Assembly (NCBI GenBank): GCA_026395435.1
Contig: JAPLYT010000003.1
Span: 135,328 to 199,327, forward strand
Length of the DNA: 64,000 nt
Direction of reading: 5' to 3'
Origin: Candidatus Saccharimonadota bacterium
Lineage (GTDB): Bacteria; Patescibacteriota; Saccharimonadia; Saccharimonadales; AWTP1-31
Position numbers and translations under genes: made by a program. Numbering within the stretch: the first letter of the stretch is position 1; every line of letters starts with the position of its first letter. Shown here piece after piece: positions 55,626 to 64,000 of the stretch. The notes beneath the pieces were generated by a model that did not search any database, was not told where the DNA came from, and saw only the letters and a list, made by a program, of their open reading frames with translations.

Positions 55626-57104
55626 ATGGAAAAACGTCAGAAAAAGATTGGTGTAAAAACGCTACAATTTTGGTGGTTTGGTGTTTCGAGCCCACAGGCC
55701 AGCGATGGTTCGCAAAACCCTGATTCTTTTTTGCGCCGTCATTATCATTGGGTTTCGCTTGGCGCCGCTGCTGGAGTGTTCGTTGTTATAGCTGGCATTT
55801 GGCTGATCGCACAACCTTTTGGTAGGCGAATGCAGATCGGAAATGAAACTGTTACTGGTAGAAGCTCTCAGAAATCAATTGAGCAGATTATTACGAGTCA
55901 GGTAAAAAAATACACTATTTCTATAGCCGACGGCGATAAAAAAGCAAAACAATACTCGCTTAGCGACGCCGGAGTAGCTTTTGATGCACAGAAGAGTGCA
56001 CGTTCTGCTATCGCATACAATGGCTCTTTGAATCGTCGACTCGTCTGGTGGAAAACAGACAAGCCAGCATTAGTACTAACTATCCAAGAGCAGAAATACC
56101 AGGAATTTTTACAAGCGCACGCGCATATCGTCGGTAAGCCACTGGTCAATGCATCTCTTACGGTGCAATCCGACGGAACTATTACGCTTGTTTCGGCAGC
56201 GCCAGGCACCGAACGATCTTCTCAAAGTAGTGACGCTGATATTAAGGGCCTGATATCTCACTTAGAACCGGTAAATATTGAGCTCTCAGAACGCACAATT
56301 CTGCCCGTCATTACTGATAAAATAGTTGAAAAGTCTAAAGCTAGTGTAGAAAAAATACTCACCCGGTCCATTACATTCCAGGCTGAATCTCAGACTATCA
56401 CTGCTAGCAGTAATGATATTGCTTCGTGGCTAACTATTACACCAAATATCACCAAAAGGAAATATGATATTTCGGTAGACCCAGCTAAGGTATCAGATTA
56501 CGTCAATAAAATTTCAGCATCCACCACTCGTCGTCCTCGTGACCAAGTTGTCGTTACGAGCCCCGACGGCAACCGGTCTGTACTCGTTCAAGGTATCAAC
56601 GGACGGGATGTGGCTAATAAAAAAGAAATCACCGATGCTCTGAGTACTGGCTTACAAAAAGATGGCGCCATTTCGCTCACTCTGAACTTTACGTTCGCGC
56701 CATTTAAATCTGTCGAAGCCACATCCGGTCCAAAGTTGATAGAAGTAAATCTATCTACGAAACGAATGGACGTCTATGAAAATAGCGTGCTGCTTCGTAC
56801 CTTCCTGATTTCAGCAGGGGCACCAGCTACTCCGACGGTCACTGGTCAGTACGCCATTTACTCCAAAGTACGCTCTCAAGACATGCGTGGCTTCAATGCC
56901 GATGGCTCTACCTATTTCACACCAAACGTCGAATACGTAAATTATTTCTACCGAGACTACGCCATCCACGGAAACTACTGGCGACCAGTAAGCTACTTCG
57001 GGGCAGTCAACGCTTCTCACGGTTGCGTCGGCATTCTCAATGGCGATGCTGAATGGGTCTACAACTGGGCACCCATCGGCACACCAGTTCTGGTACATAC
57101 GTGA
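55626..57104 (+). CDS. L,D-transpeptidase (YkuD-fold catalytic domain) with N-terminal membrane anchor and large extracytoplasmic region
   Basis: C-terminal HGNYWRPVSYFGAVNASHGCVGI (His/Cys catalytic motif of L,D-transpeptidases); TM WVSLGAAAGVFVVIAGIWLI. Confidence 0.7.
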   Translation: MEKRQKKIGVKTLQFWWFGVSSPQASDGSQNPDSFLRRHYHWVSLGAAAGVFVVIAGIWLIAQPFGRRMQIGNETVTGRSSQKSIEQIITSQVKKYTISIADGDKKAKQYSLSDAGVAFDAQKSARSAIAYNGSLNRRLVWWKTDKPALVLTIQEQKYQEFLQAHAHIVGKPLVNASLTVQSDGTITLVSAAPGTERSSQSSDADIKGLISHLEPVNIELSERTILPVITDKIVEKSKASVEKILTRSITFQAESQTITASSNDIASWLTITPNITKRKYDISVDPAKVSDYVNKISASTTRRPRDQVVVTSPDGNRSVLVQGINGRDVANKKEITDALSTGLQKDGAISLTLNFTFAPFKSVEATSGPKLIEVNLSTKRMDVYENSVLLRTFLISAGAPATPTVTGQYAIYSKVRSQDMRGFNADGSTYFTPNVEYVNYFYRDYAIHGNYWRPVSYFGAVNASHGCVGILNGDAEWVYNWAPIGTPVLVHT

Positions 57105-57141
57105 TTGTTATTTCCCTCAAGCATAAGTATAATAAATTCAA

Positions 57142-57660
57142 ATGGGAAAAACCGAGGACACATCAGTGAATGAAACCCAGGCGGTGGGGGCACATAAAAA
57201 GTCGCATAAACGCAGGCTTCGTGTGTTTAATTTATTCTCAGTCATAGTTTTTGTTGCAGCAATGGGATTCCTCGGATATAAAATTTTAGATCGTAAGCTC
57301 ATCGTGCAAAGCGGCTGTAGCGGTCAAGCAACCAGCCCAATCTATGATAAGGCAGCAACGCTGATGACCCCTCAAAAACTAAATGAACTTAAGAATTATA
57401 CTGATGAAATATCCAAAATAAAGGGCCATGAGAGCGATGCAAACTGTATTTATCCTGTCCTTTATTACCATCTAAGTATCGGTGATATCCCTGGTGCCAA
57501 AACAGAATATGAAAAATTAAAGAATGCATACGATGTTCAGATCAAACTAGCCTCAGTCTATAATAACGCTGCCGCTACGCTTACTGATGTCGATTCACAG
57601 ATGAAGCGCCTCGATGATACACAGACCGAATTTAATCGAAATAGGACATTCTCCGAATGA
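57142..57660 (+). CDS. membrane-anchored hypothetical protein (basic N-terminus, one TM, extracytoplasmic helical domain)
   Basis: 172 aa; stop overlaps the start of the next gene. Confidence 0.4.
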   Translation: MGKTEDTSVNETQAVGAHKKSHKRRLRVFNLFSVIVFVAAMGFLGYKILDRKLIVQSGCSGQATSPIYDKAATLMTPQKLNELKNYTDEISKIKGHESDANCIYPVLYYHLSIGDIPGAKTEYEKLKNAYDVQIKLASVYNNAAATLTDVDSQMKRLDDTQTEFNRNRTFSE

Positions 57661-60089
57661 TATATACATCATCGCGCTATCTGATTGTGAAGACTATGTT
57701 ATTTTCAGCATTTTTAGTAGGTATTTTTGGTGCGGTCGGCCCCGTCAAGGCTCATGCAATATCCAATAATAATTATTGGATACCCAATTTTATCACCGAT
57801 CAACAAGAAGCTAATAGTTTGCGTACATGTGATAAGCCAAATCCTCCGGCGCAGTATAATTACGCTCAATTCAGATGGATTTCTCCAAAAGACGCCCACA
57901 AGACGACAAGCACCACCCCGTCGCTTGATGTGAATTATGGTCAAAGTTCAATAGACTTAACAGTAAATTACTTATCTACTATTTGCAACGCTAACATTAA
58001 TGGGCCCTATACGGCAATAAATCCATATTTTAATGGTGGTATAAAGGTCAAAGATAAACGTATAACCAGTTTTACAAATGTCGCTGGAACTGCTTCGTCT
58101 ACAATGAATGGAGCTCCGTTCGGCATACTAAGTGGTATCGACGGTGTGGCTACAAATGTATTGTACGCTGATGGTTATAAGTATGACTGGCGCTATATGG
58201 CTCAAATAGATTCGAAACCGTTTCATAATGATTTCACTCTCAGCGGTATTGGTACGTTAAGCGTTGGTCTGCATACCATAGAGATCAAAGTCGAAACTCG
58301 AGCTGTTCATCAAGACAGCGCTGGCAATTTTGTTTGTGTTGACTACCAAAAACCTAAAGACAGCGGCTACGCCACCAGTCTTAACGACCCAAAATGCCTA
58401 AAGACACCTGTCACAATGACTGTAATTATTAACGTCCTTCCAAAGCCAGATACAAAACCTACTGCAAATATTAGTGCAGATTGTACGAACATTTATATAA
58501 ATAATGCCACCGATTCAGACGCGCCCAGCCAAGAGATTGATTTTTCAGTGATTTACGGTAGTCGTGTTCTTAGCACAGGTACCACAAGTAATGGCAAGGC
58601 GACCTACGACTTAACCGATCAGGGTATTCCTGCAGGAAGTTCAATACTCGTTGGTCTTACAAACTTCAACCCAGACGGAGCCAAAGATAACGGATCTGGA
58701 TTCCCCGGGAAGGCAGGGTGGTACCCTGTCACTTGGCCACCGGTAGGTTCAGTATGTCCGGCTTATATTATTAAGCACGCTCCATCAGTGTCACTAAGTC
58801 CAGATGACGAACAGCCTACATCTGCTACTTTTACTAGCACTGCAAAGGTAGTGAGTCTATTCGGTACGATACCTAAGGTAAAAAATGTGACGATCACATG
58901 TACCTATAGGATCTTGAAGGCAGGCGGTGCTTATACGACTCCCGCCGGCTGGACGGAATCCGCATCCGCACTAGATATTATTAGTGCAGGCATACCGGTA
59001 TGTAGCCCGCTTTCAGGTTTAGGTATACCCCCAGGAACAATTACGGGCGACCAAGTTTGCCTCAAGGTGACCGCAAGCCCAGGATCTGGGATTGTAGATG
59101 GGGCAGGCAACGTTTCGTTGACCCCACGAACAGACACCTTTGAAGAGAAATGTTCACCAATCGTGAACAAACCCTACGTCTCCTTCTACGGTGCAGATGT
59201 TCGAGCTGGATCGTATGCCTGCGGTGGCGCACGTTCTACGACTGGTGCTATTAAAACATTCATAAAAGGCTCTAATGGTTCTGGCTCAGAACTCGCCGCC
59301 TTTGCACTTTCTACAATTAGCGGATTCAATACCGCCAAAAATAGATCAAACCCTAGTCCTGTCATGACGTTTGCGAATTCACCAGCCCCTACGAGAGGGA
59401 GCTTCGGCGAATATGCGTGTAGGCCAGATGATTTTAATACCGCGGACACAACAAATCTGACTTCTAACCAAATCAACGTATCTAGTCTTGCGTCAGGGAG
59501 ATACAAAAAAACTGGAAACGTAACTATTAACGGAGGAAGTCTGACATTGGGCCAGCATATATACCTCTATGTCACCGGTGACGTTAGAATAACCGGTTCA
59601 ATAACAGACGCAAGTGGCAACTGGTCTAGCCGTAGTCAGATTCCTAGCCTATATATTTATGCCAAAGGCAATATAACTATCGATAACGCAGTTACCAAAC
59701 TGTATGGAGTCTATACCGCTCAAAAAAATGGAAATATTGGCGGTACTATAAATACATGCACAGAAGCTACCAACAGCTTAGGAGCAAATAATTATAATGC
59801 TTGTTCAAATCAATTGCTCATAGATGGGGCATTTGTTGCAGATAAGGTCAACTTGCAGCGTACATTCGGTTCGCTCAGAGATTCAGCCGCCCAAGATTCA
59901 AATCCGCTTTCTGGAGGAACCGTGAGTTGTTCAGGCAATACTCCATCCTCGGTGGCGCCACTGTGTGCAGCAGAAGTCTTTATGTTCAGTCCAAGTTTGT
60001 ACCTCGCTGATCCGCCAACGATTACGAGCGTGCCCGGAACGTCTTCTGGTACATACGATTATATTACGACCTTACCTCCGTTTTTGTAG
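57657..60089 (+). CDS. large secreted Cys-rich, Gly/Thr/Ser-rich cell-surface protein (candidate adhesin / pilus-associated protein)
   Basis: 810 aa; Sec-type signal peptide (…FGAVGPVKAHA); 16 cysteines; C-terminal repetitive beta-strand-like segments (GNVTINGGSLTLGQHIYLYVTGDVRITG...); directly upstream of the pilM promoter. Confidence 0.5.
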   Translation: MIYTSSRYLIVKTMLFSAFLVGIFGAVGPVKAHAISNNNYWIPNFITDQQEANSLRTCDKPNPPAQYNYAQFRWISPKDAHKTTSTTPSLDVNYGQSSIDLTVNYLSTICNANINGPYTAINPYFNGGIKVKDKRITSFTNVAGTASSTMNGAPFGILSGIDGVATNVLYADGYKYDWRYMAQIDSKPFHNDFTLSGIGTLSVGLHTIEIKVETRAVHQDSAGNFVCVDYQKPKDSGYATSLNDPKCLKTPVTMTVIINVLPKPDTKPTANISADCTNIYINNATDSDAPSQEIDFSVIYGSRVLSTGTTSNGKATYDLTDQGIPAGSSILVGLTNFNPDGAKDNGSGFPGKAGWYPVTWPPVGSVCPAYIIKHAPSVSLSPDDEQPTSATFTSTAKVVSLFGTIPKVKNVTITCTYRILKAGGAYTTPAGWTESASALDIISAGIPVCSPLSGLGIPPGTITGDQVCLKVTASPGSGIVDGAGNVSLTPRTDTFEEKCSPIVNKPYVSFYGADVRAGSYACGGARSTTGAIKTFIKGSNGSGSELAAFALSTISGFNTAKNRSNPSPVMTFANSPAPTRGSFGEYACRPDDFNTADTTNLTSNQINVSSLASGRYKKTGNVTINGGSLTLGQHIYLYVTGDVRITGSITDASGNWSSRSQIPSLYIYAKGNITIDNAVTKLYGVYTAQKNGNIGGTINTCTEATNSLGANNYNACSNQLLIDGAFVADKVNLQRTFGSLRDSAAQDSNPLSGGTVSCSGNTPSSVAPLCAAEVFMFSPSLYLADPPTITSVPGTSSGTYDYITTLPPFL

Positions 60090-60123
60090 AAATACGCGTC
60101 AATTATTTTTCGTAAACATTCGT

Positions 60124-60151
60124 TTGTGACACGCAATGCTTATGCTATAAT
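60124..60151 (+). promoter_or_regulatory. sigma-70-type promoter TTGTGA-16-TATAAT, 9 nt before the pilM ATG
   Basis: Read directly. Confidence 0.55.
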
Positions 60152-60160
60152 TTATGTAAT

Positions 60161-61201
60161 ATGAGCGTACTGAGTGGGGTATCTGAATTCTTCGGCTTAG
60201 ACATCGGAACTTCCGCTGTCAGATTAGTTGAGCTGCACAATGCTGGTAAATCCAAAGCACTTGTTAAGTATGCCTATGTTCCGCTCGAGCAGAATATCTC
60301 TCAGAGTGAATCAGCAGCCGATCATCAAAAGCTGGCACGGGCCATCAAAGATCTTGTAGAGCAGGCAAAAGTCACAACCCGTAATGTTGCGGTAGGTTTG
60401 CCATCTCAAAGAGTATTTACTACGGTGTTCGACATCGACCGTCTGGCACCTGGCGAAATTGCTCAAACCATTAAGTATCAGGCAGATTCTCTCATCCCAA
60501 CACCTATTGAAGAGTCAAAAATAGACTGGGCAGTACTCGGGGATTCTCCAAAGGACAAGGACAAGGTAGAAGTACTCCTTACCAGCGTCACGAACGATTT
60601 CATCGAAGCACGTCTCGACATGCTCGAATCAATCGGCCTCAATGTTATCGCCTTCGAACCAGATCACATGGCACTTAGTAGGGCTGTTATTGCTTTCGAT
60701 ACAGCTGCACCACAAATGGTTGTCGACATTGGCGATCGCGCTACAGACATTGTTGTTAGCATGGCTGGGGTCCCTCGGCTCGCTCGCTCAATACCGACAG
60801 GTAGTGAAGCCATCATCCGCGCTGCAGTACAGAACTTGAATATAGACGACAAGCAAGCACAGCAATTCGTGAATAAATTCGGACTCGCCAAAGATAAACT
60901 CGAAGGGCAGATCTATAACGCTATTGTAAGCACCGTAGATATCCTGGTCACGGAAATAGATAAATCGATTAAGTTTTTCCAAGCACGCTACCCAGAAGCA
61001 AAAATAGAACGTATCATCATGACCGGCGGAGCTTCGGCACTACCTGAATTCCCGCTCTATGTAGCCAACAAATTTGGGCTCAATGTCGAGATCGGTAATG
61101 CATGGCGAAACGTCTCATTCCCAGCTGATCGTCAAGCAGAACTCCTTGCTGCCTCCAATCACTTTGGTGTTGCAGCCGGCCTCGCGGAGCGTGACGCATG
61201 A
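60161..61201 (+). CDS. pilM: type IV pilus assembly protein PilM (actin-like ATPase fold)
   Basis: GLDIGTSAVRLVEL N-terminus, VVDIGDRATDIVV, IIMTGGASALPEFPLYVANKFGLNVEIGN C-terminus; followed by pilN and pilO. Confidence 0.75.
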   Translation: MSVLSGVSEFFGLDIGTSAVRLVELHNAGKSKALVKYAYVPLEQNISQSESAADHQKLARAIKDLVEQAKVTTRNVAVGLPSQRVFTTVFDIDRLAPGEIAQTIKYQADSLIPTPIEESKIDWAVLGDSPKDKDKVEVLLTSVTNDFIEARLDMLESIGLNVIAFEPDHMALSRAVIAFDTAAPQMVVDIGDRATDIVVSMAGVPRLARSIPTGSEAIIRAAVQNLNIDDKQAQQFVNKFGLAKDKLEGQIYNAIVSTVDILVTEIDKSIKFFQARYPEAKIERIIMTGGASALPEFPLYVANKFGLNVEIGNAWRNVSFPADRQAELLAASNHFGVAAGLAERDA

Positions 61202-61890
61202 TCCAATTCAACCTTCTCCCCGATGTAAAGCAGCAGTACATCAAGGCTGCCAAAATGAAACACACGACGGTGATTGTCTCTCTTCTGATTACGACGTCAT
61301 CGCTACTCATCTTTATCGTCATGTTTCTGTCAGTCCATGTATTCCAGCCAGCCCGAATCAAAGGCATAAACCAATCAATTTCCGATAGCACCAAAACACT
61401 CAAAGACACCCAAGATCTAGACAAGATTTTGACGATTCAAAATCAATTAAAAAGTCTGCCAGCATTACAATACAGCAAACCGATAGCTAGCAGACTCTCA
61501 GGGTATTTATCGCAAGTTACTCCCTCGCAACTTAGTATCGGCGAACTTACTTTGGACTTTGAAGGCAAGACGATGAAAATTACTGGTACAGCGGACTCGC
61601 TGTTAAGCGTCAACAAATTTATAGATACGCTGAAATTCACCACCTATGCTGCTACCAACAGCGACGGATCAGCCTCTGATGATGGTAAGCCATTTAGTTC
61701 AGTAGTTCTAGGGGCATTCTCTCGTACCGATAAGGATGCTACTTACGTAGTGGACCTTGCATACAACGAGACGATATTCGACGGCAACAAAAAAGTAGCG
61801 CTAACCGTTCCAAAGATTACGACCACTAGATCCGAAACAGAAAAACCTACCGAGTTATTTAAGGCTTTGCCAGAAGTGAAGAAGCAGTAG
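61198..61890 (+). CDS. pilN: type IV pilus assembly protein PilN
   Basis: MIQFNLLP N-terminus (INLLP motif), single TM, periplasmic-like domain; ATGA overlap with pilM. Confidence 0.7.
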   Translation: MIQFNLLPDVKQQYIKAAKMKHTTVIVSLLITTSSLLIFIVMFLSVHVFQPARIKGINQSISDSTKTLKDTQDLDKILTIQNQLKSLPALQYSKPIASRLSGYLSQVTPSQLSIGELTLDFEGKTMKITGTADSLLSVNKFIDTLKFTTYAATNSDGSASDDGKPFSSVVLGAFSRTDKDATYVVDLAYNETIFDGNKKVALTVPKITTTRSETEKPTELFKALPEVKKQ

Positions 61891-61898
61891 GGAAGCAT

Positions 61899-62570
61899 AT
61901 GTTAGATATCCAAAATTCAGCCAAACGAGTTCAGGTCACCAAAGCGCAGGCCACAGCCATTGCTACCATTGCTGGCGCAGTATTTATCACTGTCTTTTCT
62001 CTCGTTTCATCCAAATCGCTCTGGACGCAACGAGCATATCAAGCACGGGTTATCGATAAAAAAGAAAAAGCACGCGTACAGCTCGAAGATAATATCAACG
62101 CCGTAAGTGGGTTGGTAACATCTTACAAAAACTTCATCTCAAATCCTACCAATTTACTGGGTGGAAGTCCCAGTGGTACTGGCGAAAAAGATGGTGACAA
62201 CGCCCGCCTTATTCTCGATGCACTGCCAAGCAAATACGACTTCCCGGCGCTGACAACAAGTCTAGAAAAACTACTAGTCGATCGAAAATTCAAGATCGAT
62301 GGTATCACTGGAACTGATGATGAGCTCGCCCAAGCAAAAGCTGCCGCTGGAGATAGCAAAACAGTCGAGATGCCGTTCCAAGTATCAGTCACCGGAAATG
62401 GTACTTCCATCCAAGACCTACTCGTTGTTCTTGAGAAATCCATTCGTCCATTTCAAGCTACCAAGCTGACACTCAAAGGCGGAACAGCAGATCTCAAACT
62501 TGTGCTTGACGCCAAGACATACTACCAGCCAGAAAAAACATTAAATATAAAACAGGAAACGGTAAAATGA
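61899..62570 (+). CDS. pilO: type IV pilus assembly protein PilO
   Basis: Single N-terminal TM, coiled-coil, C-terminal ferredoxin-like segment; position after pilN. Confidence 0.6.
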   Translation: MLDIQNSAKRVQVTKAQATAIATIAGAVFITVFSLVSSKSLWTQRAYQARVIDKKEKARVQLEDNINAVSGLVTSYKNFISNPTNLLGGSPSGTGEKDGDNARLILDALPSKYDFPALTTSLEKLLVDRKFKIDGITGTDDELAQAKAAAGDSKTVEMPFQVSVTGNGTSIQDLLVVLEKSIRPFQATKLTLKGGTADLKLVLDAKTYYQPEKTLNIKQETVK

Positions 62571-62827
62571 AACAAAAAGATATCGGCTTATTCCTCGTAG
62601 TCGGAATATTTAGCGCAGTTATTTCGGTGTTTATGTCCGGGCTTCTCATCACACCAAAAAAAGATAAAATTCAAAAAGCTGAAAAGGTAGAAGCCATAAC
62701 GGCCTCATTCGAAGCACCTGCCAATAACGATAAATATTTCAATAAAGACGCCATCAATCCCACCAAACTCATTCAGATTGGGGATAATTCAAACAGCAAG
62801 CCATTTAATGGAACAACTAACAATTAG
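62567..62827 (+). CDS. small membrane-anchored protein in the pilus operon (not prepilin-like), unknown function
   Basis: 86 aa; N-terminal TM LFLVVGIFSAVISVFMSGLLI; ATGA overlap with pilO; sits where pilP would be in diderm operons. Confidence 0.4.
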   Translation: MKQKDIGLFLVVGIFSAVISVFMSGLLITPKKDKIQKAEKVEAITASFEAPANNDKYFNKDAINPTKLIQIGDNSNSKPFNGTTNN

Positions 62828-62836
62828 GCAACTGCT

Positions 62837-64000
62837 TTGAGCGTTCTCTCTACCACCGTACAATCACAAGTCGAAGAAGATCTTGTTCAACAAGGACTTC
62901 TTACAACCGACCAATTAGAAGATCTCCACGAACGTTCCGAAGCAGATGGTACGCCAATATTTGGCATGCTTGTAAGTGAAAACCTCATAACTGATGAAGA
63001 TTTAACCCGTACTACGGCCAAAATATCACGAGTACCTTATGTGAATCTCAGTGATGCTCGAATTGACGCTGATGTATTGGGGTTGTTACCTCAGGATATC
63101 GCCGAACGTTATATGGCAGTACCACTCGGCGAGATGCAACATCGGCTCGTCGTTGCCATGCTCGATGCCGACAATGTCCAGGCAGCTGACTTCTTGGCAA
63201 ACAAGATTGGCCGACCACTCAAAGTATATTCAGCCAGTGAAGCAGGTATCAAGCGCGTTCTCAAACAATACACCGAACGTCTCGACGCTACCATGATCGG
63301 CGAGCTCAAAGCTACCGTCGATGCCGCCGACGGACAAGCGGCAGCAGACAAGGCTGCCGAAAATACAGATGGTATTCAAACTATTGTGCAGGATTCACCT
63401 ATCAGTAAGGCACTGTCTACGATTCTGGAATACGCTGCCAAAAACCGTGCCAGCGATATACATATCGAGCCACTCGAGAAGATGCTCAAGATAAGGGCTC
63501 GAATCGACGGCGTACTTCGTGAAATCATGAAGCTACCCAAAAGCACCGAGGCTCCGCTAGTATCTCGCATAAAAATTCTGGCTAACCTCAAGATCGACGA
63601 ACACCGAATCCCTCAGGATGGAGGCTTCGCCATCGTTGTCGATGCACATGCCATTGACCTCCGTATCTCCATTAGCCCGGTAGTCTGGGGCGAACAAGTG
63701 GTCATTCGTCTCCTCGACAAGAGTGGTACGAGCCTCAACCTTATCGATATGGGGTACCATGGTCGAGCCCTTCGCACCATTAAAGAAGCATTGAAACAGC
63801 CAAACGGCATGATCCTCACCTCAGGGCCGACTGGTTCTGGTAAATCCACGTCACTCTATGCGCTCATTCAAGAGATTATGGACGACACTATCAATATTGT
63901 TACCCTCGAGGACCCTGTCGAATATAAGATGCAGGGGATCAACCAGATTCAGGTTAATGCAGAGGTTGGCCTTACATTTGCCAATGGTCTTAGGTCTATC
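62837..64000 (+). CDS. pilB: type IV pilus assembly ATPase PilB/GspE (3'-truncated by window edge)
   Basis: Manual translation from TTG 62837: SVLSTTVQSQVEEDLVQQGLLTTDQLEDL (GspE N-terminal domain) ... Walker A GPTGSGKST ... LEDPVEYKMQGINQIQV; same frame as the preceding gene, separated by TAG at 62825. Confidence 0.85.
   Translation, partial: MSVLSTTVQSQVEEDLVQQGLLTTDQLEDLHERSEADGTPIFGMLVSENLITDEDLTRTTAKISRVPYVNLSDARIDADVLGLLPQDIAERYMAVPLGEMQHRLVVAMLDADNVQAADFLANKIGRPLKVYSASEAGIKRVLKQYTERLDATMIGELKATVDAADGQAAADKAAENTDGIQTIVQDSPISKALSTILEYAAKNRASDIHIEPLEKMLKIRARIDGVLREIMKLPKSTEAPLVSRIKILANLKIDEHRIPQDGGFAIVVDAHAIDLRISISPVVWGEQVVIRLLDKSGTSLNLIDMGYHGRALRTIKEALKQPNGMILTSGPTGSGKSTSLYALIQEIMDDTINIVTLEDPVEYKMQGINQIQVNAEVGLTFANGLRSI

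Noticed and set aside
1-64000. CRISPR array, rRNA, tRNA or integrase/transposase genes
   Set aside because: No repeat-spacer periodicity, no rRNA-like conserved blocks, no convincing tRNA candidates in the short intergenic regions inspected, and no transposase/integrase-like ORFs were seen. A computational tRNA/CM scan would still be needed to exclude small RNAs hidden inside annotated ORFs.

Overview
The window is a compact, mostly housekeeping stretch of a small-genome bacterium, about 90% coding, read with the standard genetic code (TGA, TAA and TAG all used as stops). Several gene pairs overlap by the 4-nt ATGA junction. Conserved clusters present: groES-groEL behind two tandem CIRCE operators; argS; mscL; msrB; an HxlR regulator divergent from a nitroreductase; orn; dnaG-rpoD; a second full-length RpoD-like sigma factor; a P-type cation ATPase; polA interrupted by a frameshift; fpg-holA; rpsT; truB; an ABC-F ATPase; an ArsR regulator; rpsO-pnp; a family-4 uracil-DNA glycosylase; RNase J; ftsK; rpsF-ssb-rpsR; efp; tlyA; ychF; and a type IV pilus module (pilM-pilN-pilO, an 86-aa unknown, then pilB), with pilB truncated at the window end. 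The most unusual content is: (1) a tightly overlapped minus-strand three-gene lipid module (CDP-alcohol phosphatidyltransferase, PHP phosphoesterase, CarS/DUF46-like cytidylyltransferase) next to an archaeal-type phosphoglucose/phosphomannose isomerase; (2) a cell-envelope locus directly upstream of the pilus genes (HD-domain protein with a large unknown N-terminal region, L,D-transpeptidase, a membrane protein and an 810-aa Cys-rich secreted protein); (3) an NrnA-like DHH/DHHA1 protein whose catalytic motifs are degenerate and which is flanked by long disordered tails; (4) an accessory island with a TrmB-like regulator, a perfect palindromic operator and two unknown proteins. No tRNA, rRNA, CRISPR array or obvious mobile element was seen. 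The lineage call (Saccharibacteria/CPR-like monoderm with a reduced genome) is inference from gene content only.
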